Origin: Demequinaceae bacterium
GTDB taxonomy: Bacteria; Actinomycetota; Actinomycetes; Actinomycetales; Demequinaceae
Length of the DNA stretch: 32,000 nt
Assembly (NCBI GenBank): GCA_965250005.1
Contig: OZ252279.1
Location: forward strand, 360,001 to 392,000
Reading direction: 5' to 3'
The position numbers were made by a program, and so were the translations under genes. Below are positions 27,575-32,000 of this stretch, piece by piece (position 1 is the stretch's first letter; each line of letters begins with the position of its first letter). Under the pieces are notes generated by a model. It worked only from the letters and a program-made list of their open reading frames with translations, had not been told where the DNA came from and did not search any database.

Positions 27575-29217
27575 GCCGTAAGGGCACAAAGGCAGCAGCA
27601 GCAGCGCCCGTCGACACCGTGCGCCGCGCCGTGCTGTGGGTTCCCGACTGGCCCGTCGTGGCCGCGATGGCTGAGGCAGGGGTGGGCGCGCAAGAAGCCG
27701 CCGCCGTCCAGCACGGCCGCGGCATGGTCGCGGTGAGCGCTGCGGCGAGGGCGGCCGGGGTCAGGCGAGGCATGCGCAAGCGGCAGGCCCAGCGGGCGTG
27801 TCCTCACCTCACCTTGCTTCCACACGACGACGGCCGAGACGCGCGGGCGTTCGAAGAGGTGGCTGCCGCGGCCGAGGGTGTGGTCGCCGGGGTCGAGATC
27901 TCCCGACCGGGCCTACTCATGATCCCCGCGGACGGTGCCGCCCGCTTTCACGGCTCCGAGCAGGCGCTGGCGGAGGCGCTCGTGACGGCGGTGGCCGAGC
28001 AGGCTGACTGTGAGGCCAGCGTCGGCATGGCGGACGGGCTACTTGCGGCGGTGCTCGCCGCACGTGCCAGCGAGGTTGTGCCGCCGGAGGGCTCGCGGGA
28101 GTTCCTCGGGCCTCACCCCATTGCAGACCTCACGTATGCCGCCATGGAGACGCGGCAGCGGCAGGCAATTGAGGATCTGGTGAGTGTGCTCGAACGCCTG
28201 GGTATCCGCACACTCGGGGATTTTGTGGCGTTGCCCAGTGCGGATGTCACCGCGCGATTTGGGGCGCCGGGGGCATGGGCGCACCGCATGGCAGCAGGGG
28301 AAGACGTCCGGCCTCCCGTCTTGCGCCGCGCGGAGCAGGACATCTCGGTGACGTTCGCGTTCGAAGACGGCGCACAGCGAGTGGAGCAGTTGGCGTTCGT
28401 CGCGCGGCGTGTGGCAGAGGACCTGGACGGGGAGCTCCGGGAAGCAGGGGTTCGCTGTATGCGGGTCTCCATCGCTGTCCTGACCGAACGCGGGGACGTG
28501 CTTGAGCGCACGTGGCGCACGGACGTCGGCGCGCGTAGTGGCGCGTTCGCCAAGCACATGACGGACCGCGTGCGCTGGCAGCTGGAGGGATGGATCAGCG
28601 GCACGTCCACGGGACCGGAAGCGGCCAACCTCACCGCGCTCACCGTGACGGCCATGGACGTGATCGCCGCGGGGGACGAACAGGCGTACCTATGGGGAGG
28701 TGTGTCCGGGGCAGATTCCCGCGCGCATCGGACCATGGAACGCATCCAGGGGCTCATGGGCGCGGAGTCGGTGCTAGTGGCAGAGGAGCAGGGGGGGCGG
28801 TCCCCGCGCGACCGCGTGCAATTGGTGCCGTGGGGTCAAGAAGTCGCGATTGCCCGCCGCGTGGATCGGCCGTGGCCCGGCCAGCTTCCGGACCCGGTCC
28901 CCGCCACCGTGCTGATGACGCCAGAACCGGTGCGCGTTCTCGACGCAGGCGGGCGCAGAGTTGCCGTCACTGCGCGCCTGTACCTCAGTGCGGTGCCCAC
29001 GTGGGTGCAGATGCCCGCAGCGGGCGCGAAAGGCGCTGCGCAGGCGCCAGCGCCCACCGCAGTGGAAGCGTGGGCGGGGCCGTGGCCCGTTGCCGAGCGA
29101 TGGTGGTCGGAGGATGCCTCGCGGCAGGCCTACGTTCAAGTCGCGCTCAGCGACGGAAGCGCACTGCTGGTGGCGACCCGCCGCGGCGAATGGTTCCTCG
29201 AGGCCGTCTATGACTGA
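27571..29217 (+). CDS. imuB: ImuB, Y-family DNA polymerase-like mutasome protein
   Basis: RRAVLWVPDWPVVAAMAEAG...VSAAARAAGVRRGMRKRQAQRACPHLTLL...LGIRTLGDFVALPSADVTARFGAPGAWAHRMAAGEDVRP. ATG overlaps the imuA stop. Confidence 0.92.
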   Translation: MSRKGTKAAAAAPVDTVRRAVLWVPDWPVVAAMAEAGVGAQEAAAVQHGRGMVAVSAAARAAGVRRGMRKRQAQRACPHLTLLPHDDGRDARAFEEVAAAAEGVVAGVEISRPGLLMIPADGAARFHGSEQALAEALVTAVAEQADCEASVGMADGLLAAVLAARASEVVPPEGSREFLGPHPIADLTYAAMETRQRQAIEDLVSVLERLGIRTLGDFVALPSADVTARFGAPGAWAHRMAAGEDVRPPVLRRAEQDISVTFAFEDGAQRVEQLAFVARRVAEDLDGELREAGVRCMRVSIAVLTERGDVLERTWRTDVGARSGAFAKHMTDRVRWQLEGWISGTSTGPEAANLTALTVTAMDVIAAGDEQAYLWGGVSGADSRAHRTMERIQGLMGAESVLVAEEQGGRSPRDRVQLVPWGQEVAIARRVDRPWPGQLPDPVPATVLMTPEPVRVLDAGGRRVAVTARLYLSAVPTWVQMPAAGAKGAAQAPAPTAVEAWAGPWPVAERWWSEDASRQAYVQVALSDGSALLVATRRGEWFLEAVYD

Positions 29218-29225
29218 AGTCTCCG

Positions 29226-32000
29226 ATGATTGAGTGCGTGGAGTACGCGGAGCTGCACGCGCACACCGCGTATTCCTTCCTGGACGGCGCCAGCCAGCCC
29301 GAAGAGATGGCGGCGGAGGCCGCGCGCCTGGGGTTGAGTGCGCTCGCCGTGACGGACCACGACGGCCTGTACGGGATCGTGCGGTTCGCTGGGGCAGCGC
29401 GTGCGGTGGGGCTGCCGACGCTGTTCGGCGCGGAGCTGCACCTGGGGGTAGCGGAAGACGGCACCCTCGGCGGCTCGGGCCGCACCGTACTTGACCCTCC
29501 AACGGGCACGCCGGATCCGCGCTCCGCGCACCTGCTGGTGCTGGCCCGCGGGACCGCAGGCTACGCCAGGCTCAGCCACGCCATCGGCCAGGCGCACCTG
29601 GCGACGGGGGAGAAAGGTGCCGCCCACTACACGCTCGAAGGCCTCGCCGATGCCGCAGCGGGGGAATGGCTCGTGCTGACCGGATGCCGCAAGGGACCGG
29701 TGCGCAGGGCACTCGGCGGCCAGAACGCACCCGTCACCGCCGCCGGCTTCGCGGCGGCTCGGCGCGAGCTTGACCAGTTGGTGGGGATGTTCGGACGCGA
29801 CAACGTGGCCGTCGAAATAACTGACCACGGGTCACCGTACGACTCTGAGCGCAACGACGCGCTGGCCGACCTCGCGTTCGACGCCAAGCTACAGCTGGTC
29901 GCGACCACCAACGCCCACTACGCGAACCCCAAGGACGCGGACCTCGCTGCGGCGCTGTCGGCGGTGAGGGCGCGATCTTCCCTTGACGACATGGACGGCT
30001 GGCTGCCCGCGTCCCCCGCCGCGCACCTACGCAGCGCGGCAGAGATGATGTACCGGCATCGGCGCCACCCGGAGGCCGTGGGCGCGGCGGCCAGCCTCGC
30101 TAAGGAGCTGGCGTTCGACCTGTCGCTGGTGGCTCCCAACCTGCCTCCGTACCCGGTGCCGCCCGGACACAACGAGGCGTCGTGGCTGCGCGAACTCACT
30201 ATGCGCGGCGCGCGCGAGCGCTACGGACCGCCCGAGGCGGAACGCGTCCCCGGGGCGTACAAGAAAATCGAACACGAGCTGCAGATCATCGAACGGCTCA
30301 ACTTTCCCGGCTACTTCCTGATCGTCTACGACCTGGTGGATTTCTGCCGCCGCAGCGACATTTTGTGCCAAGGCCGCGGCAGCGCCGCCAACAGCGCGGT
30401 CTGCTACGCCCTGGGTGTCACCGCCGTGGATGCCGTCACACACGGGCTGCTGTTCGAGCGGTTCCTCGCACCCGAGCGGGACGGCCCCCCAGACATCGAT
30501 GTCGACATCGAGTCCGACCGCCGGGAGGAGGTCATCCAGTACGTGTATCAGCGGTTCGGGCGCATCAACGCCGCGATGGTGGCCAACGTCATCCAGTACC
30601 GTCCGCGCTCCGCCGTCAGGGATGCCGCGAAGGCGCTGGGGTATGACGTGGGTCAGCAGGACGCGTGGTCCAAGAGCATCGACCGGTGGGGCTCGCTGAA
30701 GGTGCCAGAAGAGAAGCAGCAGGAATGGGCCGCCAAGCAGCGGGACGCGATGTGGCCGGAGCCCAAGCCAGTCGAGCGCGACCTGGACCACATCCCCGAG
30801 AACGTGGTGGACCTCGCGGACCGCTTCATGCGGCTCCCGCGCCACCTGGGCATCCACCCCGGGGGCATGGTCCTGTGCGACCGGCCCGTCATCGATGTGT
30901 GCCCGGTCGAGTGGGGCCGTATGCCCGGCCGTACCGTGCTCCAGTGGGACAAGGATGACTGCGCCGATGCGGGCCTCGTGAAGTTTGACTTGCTGGGGCT
31001 GGGGATGCTCTCGGCGCTCAAGTACGCGTTCGAATTTGTGCGCGAAACGCAAAGCGAGGAGCTCACGCTGCACGGGCTGCCGCAAGAGGACCCGCGCGTG
31101 TATGACATGCTCTGCGCCGCGGACACCGTTGGCGTGTTCCAGGTGGAGTCGCGCGCGCAGATGGCCACGCTGCCGCGCCTGCGTCCTCGCAAGTTCTACG
31201 ACATCGTGGTGGAGGTCGCGCTCATCCGCCCTGGTCCCATTCAGGGAGGCTCCGTCCATCCGTACATCAACCGCGCGCGCGGACGCGAGGAGGTCACCTA
31301 CCTTCACCCCCTGCTCAAGCCCGCACTGGAGAAGACGCTCGGCGTGCCCCTGTTCCAGGAGCAACTCATGCAGATGGCGATGGACGCCGCCGGGTTCGAC
31401 GGATCAGAGGCGGACCAACTGCGTCGCGCGATGGGATCCAAGCGCAGTCCCGAGCGCATGGAGGCGCTGCGGGTGCGGGCCATGGCGGGCATGGCGAACA
31501 ACGGGATCGAACATGACGTCGCCGCGCAGATCTTCGACAAGCTCAAGGCGTTCGCCGACTTCGGCTTTCCCGAGTCCCACTCGTACTCGTTCGCGTACCT
31601 CGTGTACGCCTCCACGTGGCTCAAGGTGCACAAGCCCGCGGCGTTCTATGCGGGGCTGCTTGCGGCCCAGCCCATGGGCTTCTACTCGCCGCAGTCCCTC
31701 GCTGCGGACGCCCGTCGGCACGGGCAGGCGGTGCTGCGCCCGTGCGTGGCCAGGTCCGTTCCGCTCGCGCGGGTGGAGCGGCAGGACGACCCCTTCGAAT
31801 CACCGGGCGAGACGCGGGAGGATCTCTCGAAGCTGAGCACAGTGGAAGCACACCTCGCGGTGCGCATGGGACTCGCCTCCGTGCGGAGTGTGGACTTGGC
31901 GGATGCCGAGCGCATCGTCGCGGCAAGGCAGGACGGCGAGTTCGTTGACCTGCGGGATATGGCCAGGCGCGTGCAACTCAGTGAACCGCAGTGGGAGGCG
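29226..32000 (+). CDS. dnaE2: Error-prone DNA polymerase III alpha subunit DnaE2 (3' end outside window)
   Basis: 925 codons open to the window edge: YAELHAHTAYSFLDGASQPEEMAAEAARLGLSALAVTDHDGLYG (PHP), NFPGYFLIVYDLVDFCRRSDILCQGRGSAANSAVCYALGVT, PPDIDVDIESDRREEVIQYVYQRFG, HLGIHPGGMVL. Absent from the ORF track because it has no stop inside the window. Confidence 0.97.
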   Translation, partial: MIECVEYAELHAHTAYSFLDGASQPEEMAAEAARLGLSALAVTDHDGLYGIVRFAGAARAVGLPTLFGAELHLGVAEDGTLGGSGRTVLDPPTGTPDPRSAHLLVLARGTAGYARLSHAIGQAHLATGEKGAAHYTLEGLADAAAGEWLVLTGCRKGPVRRALGGQNAPVTAAGFAAARRELDQLVGMFGRDNVAVEITDHGSPYDSERNDALADLAFDAKLQLVATTNAHYANPKDADLAAALSAVRARSSLDDMDGWLPASPAAHLRSAAEMMYRHRRHPEAVGAAASLAKELAFDLSLVAPNLPPYPVPPGHNEASWLRELTMRGARERYGPPEAERVPGAYKKIEHELQIIERLNFPGYFLIVYDLVDFCRRSDILCQGRGSAANSAVCYALGVTAVDAVTHGLLFERFLAPERDGPPDIDVDIESDRREEVIQYVYQRFGRINAAMVANVIQYRPRSAVRDAAKALGYDVGQQDAWSKSIDRWGSLKVPEEKQQEWAAKQRDAMWPEPKPVERDLDHIPENVVDLADRFMRLPRHLGIHPGGMVLCDRPVIDVCPVEWGRMPGRTVLQWDKDDCADAGLVKFDLLGLGMLSALKYAFEFVRETQSEELTLHGLPQEDPRVYDMLCAADTVGVFQVESRAQMATLPRLRPRKFYDIVVEVALIRPGPIQGGSVHPYINRARGREEVTYLHPLLKPALEKTLGVPLFQEQLMQMAMDAAGFDGSEADQLRRAMGSKRSPERMEALRVRAMAGMANNGIEHDVAAQIFDKLKAFADFGFPESHSYSFAYLVYASTWLKVHKPAAFYAGLLAAQPMGFYSPQSLAADARRHGQAVLRPCVARSVPLARVERQDDPFESPGETREDLSKLSTVEAHLAVRMGLASVRSVDLADAERIVAARQDGEFVDLRDMARRVQLSEPQWEA

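Noticed and set aside
27796-29509. Several ORFs of 120-240 aa overlapping imuB and the dnaE2 start on both strands
   Set aside because: Arg/Ala/Gly-rich alternative frames of validated genes, with no start-site support or motifs.
30027-31364. 445-aa minus-strand ORF
   Set aside because: Lies entirely antisense to the clear DnaE2 coding frame and has no recognisable motifs; a typical high-GC shadow ORF.
1-32000. CRISPR arrays, transposases, integrases, toxin-antitoxin or phage genes
   Set aside because: No direct-repeat/spacer periodicity, no inverted-repeat-bounded elements and no matching protein motifs were seen in either strand.

Overview
The window is high-GC DNA with a gene content typical of an actinobacterial chromosome. 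It is dense, mostly housekeeping sequence. I found no CRISPR array, transposase, integrase, tRNA or rRNA. In order, the supported content is: the pyrG C-terminus; a NUDIX hydrolase; heme A synthase (ctaA) between two PEBP-family lipoproteins; a complete sufR-B-D-Rieske-C-S-U-MIP18 iron-sulfur assembly cluster with a CAAC-N6-GTTG operator candidate; a zinc metallopeptidase; a bioY/ATPase/EcfT biotin ECF transporter; an ABC-F ATPase; SURF1; fabG-fabI; a histidine phosphatase; a GH88/GH105-like gene broken by a 10-bp tandem duplication and an in-frame TGA; a PPOX-family protein; serB; divergent glgC and glgA/glgM; an ABC ATPase; NfeD plus SPFH; a short methyltransferase-like ORF; a TrmH/SpoU methyltransferase; and an imuA-imuB-dnaE2 mutagenic translesion cassette behind a perfect actinobacterial LexA box. 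The points most worth a second look are the LexA box, which also faces a divergent unassigned 59-codon ORF; the duplication-disrupted glycoside hydrolase; and the suf operator region. I found no convincing evidence for an entirely new system.
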